A stretch of DNA of 41,853 nt from the NCBI GenBank assembly GCA_041082215.1, contig JBDOIF010000112.1:1-41853 (forward strand), written 5' to 3'. The stretch comes from Anaerolineae bacterium. GTDB lineage: Bacteria > Chloroflexota > Anaerolineae > B4-G1 > DUEL01. Position 1 is the stretch's first letter, and each line of letters starts with the position of its first letter. Under the pieces are notes generated by a model, which saw only the letters and a list, made by a program, of their open reading frames with translations, was not told the origin of the DNA and did no database searches. Both the position numbers and the translations under genes were made by a program. Positions 1 to 8,690 of this stretch are shown piece by piece.

Positions 1-236
1 GGTTCCAGACGCAGAAAGTCGGCCACTGCCCGCAGGGCCTGATCGAAGTCGCCGGCCCGCGAAAGCGCCTTCGCCAGGTTCAGACGGTACTCCGGCTCGT
101 CGGGGGCGGCGCGGATCGCCGCCCGGAACTGTTCGATCGCCCGATCAATGTCCCATTCGGCATAGGCCCGAAGGCCTTCCTGGTTACAGGCCTCGGCACG
201 CTCCGGACGCGATGCCCGCTTACTGGTGGCAGTCAT
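1..236 (-). CDS. Tetratricopeptide-repeat protein (5' part; runs off the window)
   Basis: Manual translation from ATG at 236 (RBS GGAGG): MTATSKRASRPERAEACNQEGLRAYAEWDIDRAIEQFRAAIRAAPDEPEYRLNLAKALSRAGDFDQAL, a TPR helix pattern. Absent from the ORF track because it has no stop in the window. Confidence 0.75.
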   Translation of the reverse strand, partial: MTATSKRASRPERAEACNQEGLRAYAEWDIDRAIEQFRAAIRAAPDEPEYRLNLAKALSRAGDFDQALRAVADFLRLE

Positions 237-329
237 TTCCCCTCCCGCTGTCGTCGTGAGGTTTCCAGGGGATTATATCACACCTGCCGGAGAGGGCAAC
301 GAAGGCCCGGTCGCGGGTATTCGAAGAAG

Positions 330-405
330 AACCACAGAAGCACAGAGAAACACCGGGGGCCCTCTGAATTTTCTGTAGAACTCTGTGCCCTCTGTGTCTC
401 CGTGA
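330..405. repeat. Nonamer-periodic palindromic element (CACAGAG...CTCTGTG family)
   Basis: AACCACAGAAGCACAGAGAAACACCG ... CTCTGTGCCCTCTGTGTCTCCGTG. Confidence 0.7.
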
Positions 406-458
406 TGAGAATTTGCTCCGAAAACCCGATCGCCCGATCCCGGCGGATATTTGGTGGG

Positions 459-863
459 CTAGTAAGAAAGTACCCTGGGAAGCGTTTTGGCCTCCTCCAC
501 CCATCGGGCCACAGCCTCTCGGGCTGGCACCCGGCGGACCAGTCGCTTTTCCGCATTGACTTCCAGCAGCTTCTCGTAGAGGTTATCCGGATTGCGACGG
601 GCCAGCTCCACCACCGTGTCCACCCCTGCCTTCTCCAGCAGGTCGCTGTACTCCTCACCGACGCCCCGGATCCGCATCAGATCGGCCCGGTTGACCCAGT
701 CCAGGATATACTCCTCGCCGATGCCGGTTTTCTCCGCCAGCTCTTTCCGTCCTTCGGGCGTCGCTCCGGCGCTCAGCAGCGCCCCGATGGTGCGGATGCC
801 GGCCGCTCGCAGCTTCTCCGCATAGACCGGACCAATGCCTTCTATCGCTTCTAACTTCGCCAT
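459..863 (-). CDS. DUF4332 family helix-hairpin-helix protein
   Basis: Two HhH motifs (IEGIGPVYAEKL, IRGVGEEYSDLL), WVNRADL, strong AGGAGG RBS. Confidence 0.85.
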   Translation of the reverse strand: MAKLEAIEGIGPVYAEKLRAAGIRTIGALLSAGATPEGRKELAEKTGIGEEYILDWVNRADLMRIRGVGEEYSDLLEKAGVDTVVELARRNPDNLYEKLLEVNAEKRLVRRVPAREAVARWVEEAKTLPRVLSY

Positions 864-925
864 CCTGGTTCCTCCTTTCTTGGTTTAACTGGCCTTAAGC
901 AGTTCGTAACTGCTCACCTGCGTCT

Positions 926-1468
926 CTAATGCATTTCCGCGTCCCTCGCGCCTTCCCGATCTTCCACTCTCTCCAGCGGTGGCAGGTCCTCCAGGCTGCT
1001 CAGGCCGAAGTGCTGAAGGAAAGCAAAGGTCGTGCCGTACAGGACGGGCCGTCCCACCGATGGAGCCCGGCCGACCTCCTCGATCAGCCCCGCTGCCAGA
1101 AGCGTGCGCAGCACGCTATCACAATTGACGCCACGGATGGCTTCGACCTGGGGGCGGGAGATGGGCTGCTGGTAAGCGATGATGGCCAGCGTCTCCAGCG
1201 CAGCGGGGGAAAGCCGCCGCCGTTCCCTCAGCCCGAGGAACCGCTCCACATAGGGGGCCACTTCGGGAGCCGTGACCATCTGATAACGCCCACCCATCCG
1301 TTCCAGCCGCACTCCCCGTGCGGAAAGTTCCGCTTCCAGCTCGTCCAGCGCCTTCTCCACCTCCTCCCGCGTCGTCTCCAGCGCCTCGGCCAGCCGGGCC
1401 GCTGAGACCGGCTCGTCGGCCACGAAAAGCAGGCTCTCCACCAGGGCTTTCAGGGCCAGTTCGCCCAT
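926..1468 (-). CDS. scpB: SMC-Scp complex subunit ScpB
   Basis: ESLLFVA, LSPAALETLAIIAYQQP, IRGVN, GRPVLYGTT..FL..FGL..L.DLP motifs. Confidence 0.95.
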   Translation of the reverse strand: MGELALKALVESLLFVADEPVSAARLAEALETTREEVEKALDELEAELSARGVRLERMGGRYQMVTAPEVAPYVERFLGLRERRRLSPAALETLAIIAYQQPISRPQVEAIRGVNCDSVLRTLLAAGLIEEVGRAPSVGRPVLYGTTFAFLQHFGLSSLEDLPPLERVEDREGARDAEMH

Positions 1469-1477
1469 TCCCACCCT

Positions 1478-2083
1478 CTACCCCTGGGGTTCTTCTGCCC
1501 CCCTCTCCCCTCCCGGTCTCACCACCCTGGCCCGGAGAGCCGGGGGAACAGGGGCTGCCCGCAGGCGGACTTTCGGCGGGCCGACCAGCTTCGCCCCCAC
1601 CTTCTCCTCCACCACCCGGTGCACCACCTCGATCACCTGAGCCGCCCGGACCGGCACCTCCAGGTCCCCTGCTGCGTCCACGTCCATTTCGACAACCACC
1701 CCGCCCCGCCGCGCGGAGATGCGAGGATGGACGCGGAGGACGCCGGGAAGCTGATCCACCTCGTAGGCAATGTGCTCCGCCACCGTCCCCAGGCTTACCT
1801 CCACCTCACCACCCCCCACCCGCTCCAGCCGGACCATTTTCAGTCGGGGGCGGCGCAGCTCCAGGATCAGGAAGAGGACACAAATGACCACCCAGGCCAG
1901 GGCAAAGAGGATGCCCAGCACGACCCGAAGGACCGGCCGCACCCCTTCCAGAGCTTGCAGCAGCCCTACCATCCCCTGAGCCACCGCCCGCAAGATCGGC
2001 AACGGCACAAGGAAAAGGGCCGTGCAGAACACGAGCGCCGCCAGCACACCCAGCACGACCAGAATCCGGTTTACAGTGTTCAT
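1478..2083 (-). CDS. amaP: Alkaline shock response membrane anchor AmaP-like protein
   Basis: MNTVNR N-terminus, two TM helices, C-terminal Asp23-like alpha/beta region. Confidence 0.7.
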   Translation of the reverse strand: MNTVNRILVVLGVLAALVFCTALFLVPLPILRAVAQGMVGLLQALEGVRPVLRVVLGILFALAWVVICVLFLILELRRPRLKMVRLERVGGGEVEVSLGTVAEHIAYEVDQLPGVLRVHPRISARRGGVVVEMDVDAAGDLEVPVRAAQVIEVVHRVVEEKVGAKLVGPPKVRLRAAPVPPALRARVVRPGGERGAEEPQG

Positions 2084-2095
2084 CCTCCTCCCCTC

Positions 2096-2926
2096 TCACA
2101 ACAGCCGGTAGTACTTCATCAGAAGCCACTCGAACAGCCTGCCGGGGAGGATCCCCTTCAACGTCGCTGCCAGCCTCTGGAAGAAGGCCCCCACCCGGTA
2201 TCGTGGCCTGGGCGAACGGGCGCGGATGATCCGCTCCAGCACACGAGCCACCCCCTCTGGGGATGCTCCCCCCTGCTCGTCCGCCTCCACCACCGCCATC
2301 ACCCGCGCGAAGTCCTCCGCGTAGGCCGGGTTCTCACGGGCCGCCCGGACCCTGCGCCGGTTGGCGGTGAAGCCGGTGCGGGTATCCCCCGGCTCGATCA
2401 ACGTCACACGGACCCCGAAGCGGCGCACCTCCATCCGCAGCGCCTCCGTCACCCCCTCGATGGCGAACTTGGCGGCACTGTATAGCCCCTGGTAGGGAAG
2501 CCCGATCACCCCACCGATGGAGCTGATGTTGACGATCAGCCCTGATCCCCGTTCCCGCATCGCCGGCAGCACCGCTCTGCAGACCCGCAGCATGCCGAAA
2601 AAGTTGGTCTCAAACTGCTCCTTCGCCTCCTCGATTGACGTATCCTCCACCGCTCCGCCGAACCCGAACCCCGCGTTGTTCACCACCACATCCAGACGGC
2701 CCGCTCCTCTTAAAATGAAATCCACCGCCCTCCGCACCGACTCGTCCTGGGTGACGTCCATCTGGATCATCGTGGGGAGGCCCGGAGAGGGGGGGGCGGG
2801 CGGGAAGGGGGCATGGCGGCTCGTGCCGAACACACGATACCCCCGGCAGGCCAGGTGCTCAGCGCACGCCTTCCCAATGCCCGAGGAAGCCCCGGTGATG
2901 AGGACAACAGTCTGCTCAGGCTCCAT
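2096..2926 (-). CDS. Short-chain dehydrogenase/reductase
   Basis: TGASSGIG, NNAG, YSAAK catalytic motif; start placed at ATG 2926. Confidence 0.92.
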   Translation of the reverse strand: MEPEQTVVLITGASSGIGKACAEHLACRGYRVFGTSRHAPFPPAPPSPGLPTMIQMDVTQDESVRRAVDFILRGAGRLDVVVNNAGFGFGGAVEDTSIEEAKEQFETNFFGMLRVCRAVLPAMRERGSGLIVNISSIGGVIGLPYQGLYSAAKFAIEGVTEALRMEVRRFGVRVTLIEPGDTRTGFTANRRRVRAARENPAYAEDFARVMAVVEADEQGGASPEGVARVLERIIRARSPRPRYRVGAFFQRLAATLKGILPGRLFEWLLMKYYRLL

Positions 2927-2930
2927 ACGC

Positions 2931-3479
2931 TCACCTTCCCTCGAGGACAACCCCTGTGTTCATCTCCTGAAAGCGGTCGGCGAAATCCCGGTTGCCGAAA
3001 GCAAAGGTGACATATCCCCCACCGAAAGGATCTGGATCGTACCGGCGCACCCGCACCGCCCCGGAGACACGCCGGTAAGTGGCCCGGGATTCGGCCGTCA
3101 GGCCGATCAGAGAGGCCAGCCAGCGGCCCACCCAGGACCCCAGGAAGGTCAGTACAGCAAGAATGAGCAGAAGCCCGATAGCCCGGTCCAGCAGCCCGCC
3201 GGGCACGGCCACGAACGTCTGCCCCAGGCCAAAGGCGACGGCACAGAAAAGCAGGCTCGCCCCCAGGCCGGTCAGCAGGACCCGCCGTCTACGACGGCCA
3301 ATGCTCTGCGCCAGAAGCGCGCACCGATCGCAGAGGGGAAAAGCGAGGTTCAGAAACCGGGCTTCCCACAGGCTCGACCGGGAGATCATCAGTTTGCCCG
3401 CTCCCGCCGGCGCTCCACAGGCACAGCACACCCGCGGCATCTGATACTGGCTCTGCAGGCGGATCGTGACGACCTCCAC
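2931..3479 (-). CDS. Hypothetical membrane protein with two CxxC pairs and two TM helices
   Basis: PRVCCACG...PLCDRC followed by two hydrophobic helices; operon position. Confidence 0.65.
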   Translation of the reverse strand: MEVVTIRLQSQYQMPRVCCACGAPAGAGKLMISRSSLWEARFLNLAFPLCDRCALLAQSIGRRRRRVLLTGLGASLLFCAVAFGLGQTFVAVPGGLLDRAIGLLLILAVLTFLGSWVGRWLASLIGLTAESRATYRRVSGAVRVRRYDPDPFGGGYVTFAFGNRDFADRFQEMNTGVVLEGR

Positions 3480-3482
3480 CCC

Positions 3483-6350
3483 TCACCCCCCGCGTCCTTC
3501 TCTCCGCGTTCTGTGAAGATTATACCCACAAATCAAGAAAAGGCCAAAAAGCCCGGTCCAGGCCAGCAGGCCGATCCCCAGCCCTGCCCTTACCACCATC
3601 GGTCGGAAGGCGAAGAGGACGTGGTGACGGCCCGGCTCCAGCCGGAGGGTGCGGAAGAGCAGGTCGGCGGTCTGCATCTCCGCCTCCATCCCATCTACCC
3701 AGGCCCGCCAGCCGGGGTAGCTGGCGTCCGTCAGCACCAGATAGCCCGGCCCGGTCAGTTCCACCTCGATCTCCACCCGCTCCGGTTCGTAGGCGACGAT
3801 GTGTACCCGCGCTTCTCCCCCGCCGGGGAGGGCTGCCTCTTCTTCCCCCTCGACCACCACCTCGGCTAACGGGTCGAAGTCGGGCGCGCGCATCCGGGCC
3901 AGCACTTCCCCCTCGCTCCCCGCCATCGAAACCCGGAAGGCCACAAAGGCCCGGGGCAGCACATCCAGGTTCTCGTACACCTTCACGTCGCCCGAATGGA
4001 CCAGCCGGAAGCGCCCCTGGTCGGAGAGGACGAGGGACTGAAATGCCCCGGTCCGCTCATCTATCAGGCTGACCCCCCGCACGATCAGCTCTCCCTCCGG
4101 GAGGGTGGCCCGCACCGTCAGGGAGACAGGGGTCCCCGGCTCCTCCCACCGCAGCCGGGCCACGTAATCGTTCCCTTCCGGCCGGCCCGGCCAGAAATGG
4201 CCGCCGACAATCGCCGGGCCGTGGGCCACCTCCGGCCCGTAGAGTCCCTCCGCCGTCTCCACACCGGCCCGCAGGGGGAAGGAACGGACGGTCCCATCCG
4301 CAAACCCCACCGTCACCTCCCCCACCACCGTCCCGTCCGGCAGCCCCCCCGCCCCATCCAGATAGCTCACCAGCCCTATCGCCGTCCCCTCGAGGGGGGG
4401 CACGCAGGCCACTGTTGCCTCTTCCCCCCCCGCAAGGCGGGCGCCGAACTGGAGGTCGTAGAACACATCGTCCAGCCAGGCATCGAACACCTTATCGGTG
4501 ATCACGTAACGGACGTTCAGCAGGGAGAGCCACCGTCCGTCCGGCACTGCTTTCAGGTTCTCCCGCAGCCGCCCGTCCAGCGCAACCGCCTCTTCGGGCA
4601 GGAAAGCCCGCTGGAGGGCCAGATAGCGGGAAAGGGGGAGCACCCCTCCGTCGTATCCGTCCACCGCCGGGACCCCGAAGGCCAGTGGGAGGTTGGGGGA
4701 GAGGACCTCCCGATGCTTGGCGGCGATGATCAGTTCGTAAAGGGCATCCGGGGAGAGCTGGCCGCCATAGATCAGCCGCAGTTCGGGCAGGTCGCCCGGG
4801 TCGAAGGCCAGCGCCGAAAGGCTGAGGAAGCGGTCCGGCGGGCTTTTCCCCTCCCCGGCGGCCAGCAGATGGGCGAGGGCGGGCCGGAGGGAGGTGTAGG
4901 CCTGGGGGGCTGTAGCGCGAGCACGAGGGAGAGTGCGGGCGGAGAGCACCAGCTCCGCCACCACCAGCGCCACCAGCGCCGTCCGCTTCCTCCACCGCAT
5001 CGCTGCGACGGCCAGCGCCGCCGTCGCCACCCAGGCCCCCACCGTCGCAGGCGCGACCCGTCCGCCCACGGCTCCCCATAAAAGAAAAACCGCGAAGGAC
5101 GCAAAGAACGCAAACGCTTTCTTTACGCCCTTTGTGTCCTCTGCGGCTCCATCCACTCCCACCCCGACGAGAGCCGCTGCGCCGACGGCCCATAAGGCCA
5201 GCCAGCGAGCCGGGACGCGGAAGTGGGCAAACCCTGGCACAAACCGGGCAAGGAGCAGGTAGAGAGGGTTGTACAACCCCAGCGCCAGGAAAAGGCCCGT
5301 TATGGCAAGCAGAAGGACAGGCCAGAGCCGGCGGCGGTCGCTTCTCCACCAGCCGCGGGCGGCCAGCAACAGCCCTGTCACCCCTACCGTCGCCACATAC
5401 TCGATGTTCTCTGGCTCCACCGGCCGGACGTAGCCGGGCAGGAGGGCACGGGCCAGGTAGACAGGGGAGAGGGAAAAGGAGACCCGTTCATTGAAGGGGA
5501 GGCCGCCGGCCCGGACCGAGAGCCGGGTCAGTTGAAGCGTTGGCAACAGTTGCCCCGCTGCCAGCGCCGTCCCCACCGCCACCGCCGCCGCCCAGACCGC
5601 CGCCCGTTGCCCCAGAGGACGCCATCCTCCGCCCCTTAGCGCCAACCAGAGGGCAGGGGCCAGCCCGTACACCGCCAATCCCACCAGGGTGATGAACGCC
5701 GACTGGGTGTGGCCGGTCAGTAACATCATCCCGACCACCGCCGCCAGCCCGAAGAAGGAGAGAGAAACCACAGAGACACGGAGGGCGCGGAGACAAGAAG
5801 CGGCCTCTGCGTCCTTTGTGTCTCTGTGATTTACCTTATCAAAAAGAAGCAATAACCAGGGGAACCAGGCGAGGGCCTGGAGCTGGTTGATGTGCTCCAC
5901 CTGCGCGCCCAGGTATCCCCCCAGCGAAAGCGCAGCCCCCGCCGCCCAGGCCCCCAGCCGCCCCAGCCGCAGCGACCCGCGGGTATAGACGTAGATCCCT
6001 GCCCCCGCCAGCCAGAGATGGACAAGGCCCGACCAGTGGAGCGAACGATGAGGGGGCAGGAGCAACCAGAGCAGCCAGTTAAGGGGGTAGAGCAATCCCA
6101 CCTGGCTGTTGGCCAGGAGGGGGACCCCCATAAAGAGGTACGGGTTCCAGAGCGGCAACCGTCCGGCCTGGATCGCCCGCGTCGCCTCGGCCCAGTAGGG
6201 ATAAAAGTATGTGAAGAGGTCACCCCCGGCCAGCACTCGCCCCGCCGGCCCGATGGACCAGAAGGCCAGCAGGATCAGTGCTCCCAGCCCACCCACCGCC
6301 AGGAGGTCGCCCAGCACGCTGATCCTGACGCCTGACGTTTGACGTTTCAC
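3483..6350 (-). CDS. YfhO-family GT-C membrane glycosyltransferase
   Basis: GRLPLWNPYLFMGVP, FRVPAR, C-terminal LVLTDASYPGWRAWVDG, many TM helices. Confidence 0.85.
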   Translation of the reverse strand: MKRQTSGVRISVLGDLLAVGGLGALILLAFWSIGPAGRVLAGGDLFTYFYPYWAEATRAIQAGRLPLWNPYLFMGVPLLANSQVGLLYPLNWLLWLLLPPHRSLHWSGLVHLWLAGAGIYVYTRGSLRLGRLGAWAAGAALSLGGYLGAQVEHINQLQALAWFPWLLLLFDKVNHRDTKDAEAASCLRALRVSVVSLSFFGLAAVVGMMLLTGHTQSAFITLVGLAVYGLAPALWLALRGGGWRPLGQRAAVWAAAVAVGTALAAGQLLPTLQLTRLSVRAGGLPFNERVSFSLSPVYLARALLPGYVRPVEPENIEYVATVGVTGLLLAARGWWRSDRRRLWPVLLLAITGLFLALGLYNPLYLLLARFVPGFAHFRVPARWLALWAVGAAALVGVGVDGAAEDTKGVKKAFAFFASFAVFLLWGAVGGRVAPATVGAWVATAALAVAAMRWRKRTALVALVVAELVLSARTLPRARATAPQAYTSLRPALAHLLAAGEGKSPPDRFLSLSALAFDPGDLPELRLIYGGQLSPDALYELIIAAKHREVLSPNLPLAFGVPAVDGYDGGVLPLSRYLALQRAFLPEEAVALDGRLRENLKAVPDGRWLSLLNVRYVITDKVFDAWLDDVFYDLQFGARLAGGEEATVACVPPLEGTAIGLVSYLDGAGGLPDGTVVGEVTVGFADGTVRSFPLRAGVETAEGLYGPEVAHGPAIVGGHFWPGRPEGNDYVARLRWEEPGTPVSLTVRATLPEGELIVRGVSLIDERTGAFQSLVLSDQGRFRLVHSGDVKVYENLDVLPRAFVAFRVSMAGSEGEVLARMRAPDFDPLAEVVVEGEEEAALPGGGEARVHIVAYEPERVEIEVELTGPGYLVLTDASYPGWRAWVDGMEAEMQTADLLFRTLRLEPGRHHVLFAFRPMVVRAGLGIGLLAWTGLFGLFLICGYNLHRTRREGRGG

Positions 6351-6365
6351 GTTTGACGTCTCACG
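6324..6365. repeat. YYTSACG heptamer tandem array
   Basis: cctgacg cctgacg tttgacg tttcacg tttgacg tctcacg. Confidence 0.85.
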
Positions 6366-7920
6366 TATCGCGCATCACACTGACCTGGTAGACGACGAAC
6401 TGCCGCTCTCCCCCTTCCTCCACGACGAAGACGGGCTCCAACCGGTATCCCACCTCCGCCAGCGCCGCCTCCACCCGTGCCGGGGATTCCCAGGCGGGGA
6501 AGACGATATAACGGGGTTCCCGCTCCCCGAAGGCCTGCACATCGCGCGCCAGCCACGCAGGGGTGGGCCAGTAGGCCAGGTAGAGGGGACCATCGAACAG
6601 GTAGAAGTGGTAGTTCCAGCCCAGCCAGTGGTGGTAGAGCACCGATCCCTCGGACCGCTCCATCAGAAAGGCGGCCACCTGTTCGATGCCGTCGTAGGCC
6701 GGGAGGCCCGCGCCCACCGGCACCCGACCGGCAAGGGCAGGGAATGTTGCAGCCACCAGGCAGGCTGCTGTAACCAGGGATAGGGCTATCCGGAGGCGGC
6801 GCTGGGAGGAAGGCGGCGCTCCTCGACCCTCACCCCCCTCCCTGTCCCTCCCCGCCTGCGGTGAGCCAGGTGGGGGGTAAGGGTGCCGCAACCCTGCCCC
6901 CATCAACCGCGCCGCCTCCACCACCACACGGCCCAGGAGCAGGCCTGCCGGCACCACCAGGGGCAGGAGGTACCGATCCCACACCGGGAAGGCCCACAGC
7001 CAGTGGACCAGCAGGTAGAGCAGGCAGAACCCTGCCAGCGCCAGATCGAACAGGGCCGGCCAGTCCCGACGGCGTATCCCTCGCACGACCAGCGCCGCTC
7101 CTCCGACGACCAGCAGGCCATCCGGGAGCGCCGAACCGAGGAGGTACTGCAGCCAGCCCATCCAGGCAGCCAGCCGTCCCGACCACTCCATCGGCCAGAT
7201 GAGCCGCAGCCCCCCGTAGCCGACCACCCCTGCCTGCCAGAAGCTTTCCGCCCCCTGAGCCACCCGCACCCGGTCCCATCCTGCCACCAGCCCCGCAACT
7301 GCCAGGAACCCCACCACTCCCCGCATCAGCCTGGTCGCCGCCTTTCGGCCACCGGATGCCACAACCAGGAGCGCGACCGGCGGCAACCACACCAGCCCCG
7401 TCTGCTTGGTGGCGAAAGAGAGGCCGGTGAACACCCCCGCCTGGCCAGCCCGTCCCTCGGCCGCCGCCACGCACCCCGCCACCCCCAGGGCGACCATCAG
7501 CGGGTCGGTAAAGCCGGTAGCGGATAGGAGGAAAGAGAGGGGGGAGAGCGCCACTACTGCCGCCGCCACCAGCCCCACCAGCGAGGCCCCGTACAGCCGC
7601 CGGCCCAGCCGTCCCATCAGCCCAACTGTCGCCAGGCCGGCAGCCAGCCCTGGCAGCCGGACCGCCAGCTCGGAGCGGCCCACCAGCGCCAGGCTCCCAG
7701 CCATAAGGTAGGGCAGGAGCGGCGGCTTGTAGACCGGCACCGACACAAGCCACGGGTCCCGCCCGCTCAGGATCAGCAGTCCCCAGTAGCCGTAGAGCGC
7801 CTCATCCGGGTGGAGGCGATGGGCACCGACCGCCGTCGCCCGCACACCCCAGGCGAGCAGGAGAAGAGCGACCCACAGCATAGACGCCTGACGTCTCACG
7901 CCTGACGTTTGACGTTTCAC
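6361..7920 (-). CDS. GT-C (ArnT/PMT-like, GT39-related) membrane glycosyltransferase
   Basis: HPDEALY, KPPL, RLP, TDP, TKQ, RYLLP motifs; start GTG 7920 (overlaps the upstream stop) or ATG 7881. Confidence 0.82.
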   Translation of the reverse strand: MKRQTSGVRRQASMLWVALLLLAWGVRATAVGAHRLHPDEALYGYWGLLILSGRDPWLVSVPVYKPPLLPYLMAGSLALVGRSELAVRLPGLAAGLATVGLMGRLGRRLYGASLVGLVAAAVVALSPLSFLLSATGFTDPLMVALGVAGCVAAAEGRAGQAGVFTGLSFATKQTGLVWLPPVALLVVASGGRKAATRLMRGVVGFLAVAGLVAGWDRVRVAQGAESFWQAGVVGYGGLRLIWPMEWSGRLAAWMGWLQYLLGSALPDGLLVVGGAALVVRGIRRRDWPALFDLALAGFCLLYLLVHWLWAFPVWDRYLLPLVVPAGLLLGRVVVEAARLMGAGLRHPYPPPGSPQAGRDREGGEGRGAPPSSQRRLRIALSLVTAACLVAATFPALAGRVPVGAGLPAYDGIEQVAAFLMERSEGSVLYHHWLGWNYHFYLFDGPLYLAYWPTPAWLARDVQAFGEREPRYIVFPAWESPARVEAALAEVGYRLEPVFVVEEGGERQFVVYQVSVMRDT

Positions 7921-7921
7921 G
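7880..7921. repeat. YYTSACG heptamer tandem array
   Basis: atagacg cctgacg tctcacg cctgacg tttgacg tttcacg. Confidence 0.85.
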
Positions 7922-8663
7922 CCCTGGGAAGCCTCTGAAACCGGCATCGCAGCAGGGTCTTCAGAACCGTTAAGCCGTCCTTCCAGGAGATCTTCTTCCC
8001 CTCGTAGAACTCCCGGCCAGTGTAGGAGATAGGGACCTCGTAGATACGGTATCCACGGCGGAGGATCTGGGCCGTGATCTCGGGGTCGAACCCCCAGCCC
8101 CGTTCCGTAAGGCGGAGCTCCCGGGCAACCTCCCGGGTAAACATCTTGTAGCCGGTCTCCATATCGGTGAGGATGGTGTCGTAGAGGAAGTTGGTGGTCA
8201 TCGTCAGCAGCCGGTTCCCCACCATATGCCAGAAGAACATCGCCTTGGTGGGGCCGCCGCGAAAGCGGGAGCCGTAGACTACCTGGGTGCGCCCCTCCAG
8301 GATGGGCCGGAGCATGGATATATAGTCGCGGGGGTCATACTCCAGGTCCGCGTCCTGGATGACCAGAATGTCGCCGGTGGCGTGTTGCAGTCCTGTGCGG
8401 ACCGCCGCACCCTTCCCCTGGTTCTGCTCGTGGAAGACGATGAGAATACCCGGCTCTCCCTCAAGGGACCGAAGCACCTCCCGTGTGCCGTCGGTGGAGC
8501 CGTCATCCACCACGACAATCTCCCGCTCCAGCTCGACCACCCGGCCATCCAGCTCGCCGTACCCCACCGCCACCTTCAGGGGCACCGCCCGCACCCGACG
8601 GATGATCTCCGCCACCGTGCCGACCTCGTTGTAGACCGGCATAATGACCGACAATTTCGCCAT
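7917..8663 (-). CDS. GT2 polyprenol-phosphate glycosyltransferase (DPM1-like)
   Basis: SVIMPVYNE, VDDGSTDGT, NQGKGAA, QDADLEYDP, GSRF, TDMETGYK. Confidence 0.93.
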   Translation of the reverse strand: MAKLSVIMPVYNEVGTVAEIIRRVRAVPLKVAVGYGELDGRVVELEREIVVVDDGSTDGTREVLRSLEGEPGILIVFHEQNQGKGAAVRTGLQHATGDILVIQDADLEYDPRDYISMLRPILEGRTQVVYGSRFRGGPTKAMFFWHMVGNRLLTMTTNFLYDTILTDMETGYKMFTREVARELRLTERGWGFDPEITAQILRRGYRIYEVPISYTGREFYEGKKISWKDGLTVLKTLLRCRFQRLPRA

Positions 8664-8690
8664 ACCCTGCTCCCTGCCTCATGCCTCCTG

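Noticed and set aside
899..913. Small hairpin GCAGTT-CGT-AACTGC between scpB and DUF4332
   Set aside because: Only a 6-bp stem with no U-tract; cannot be distinguished from chance
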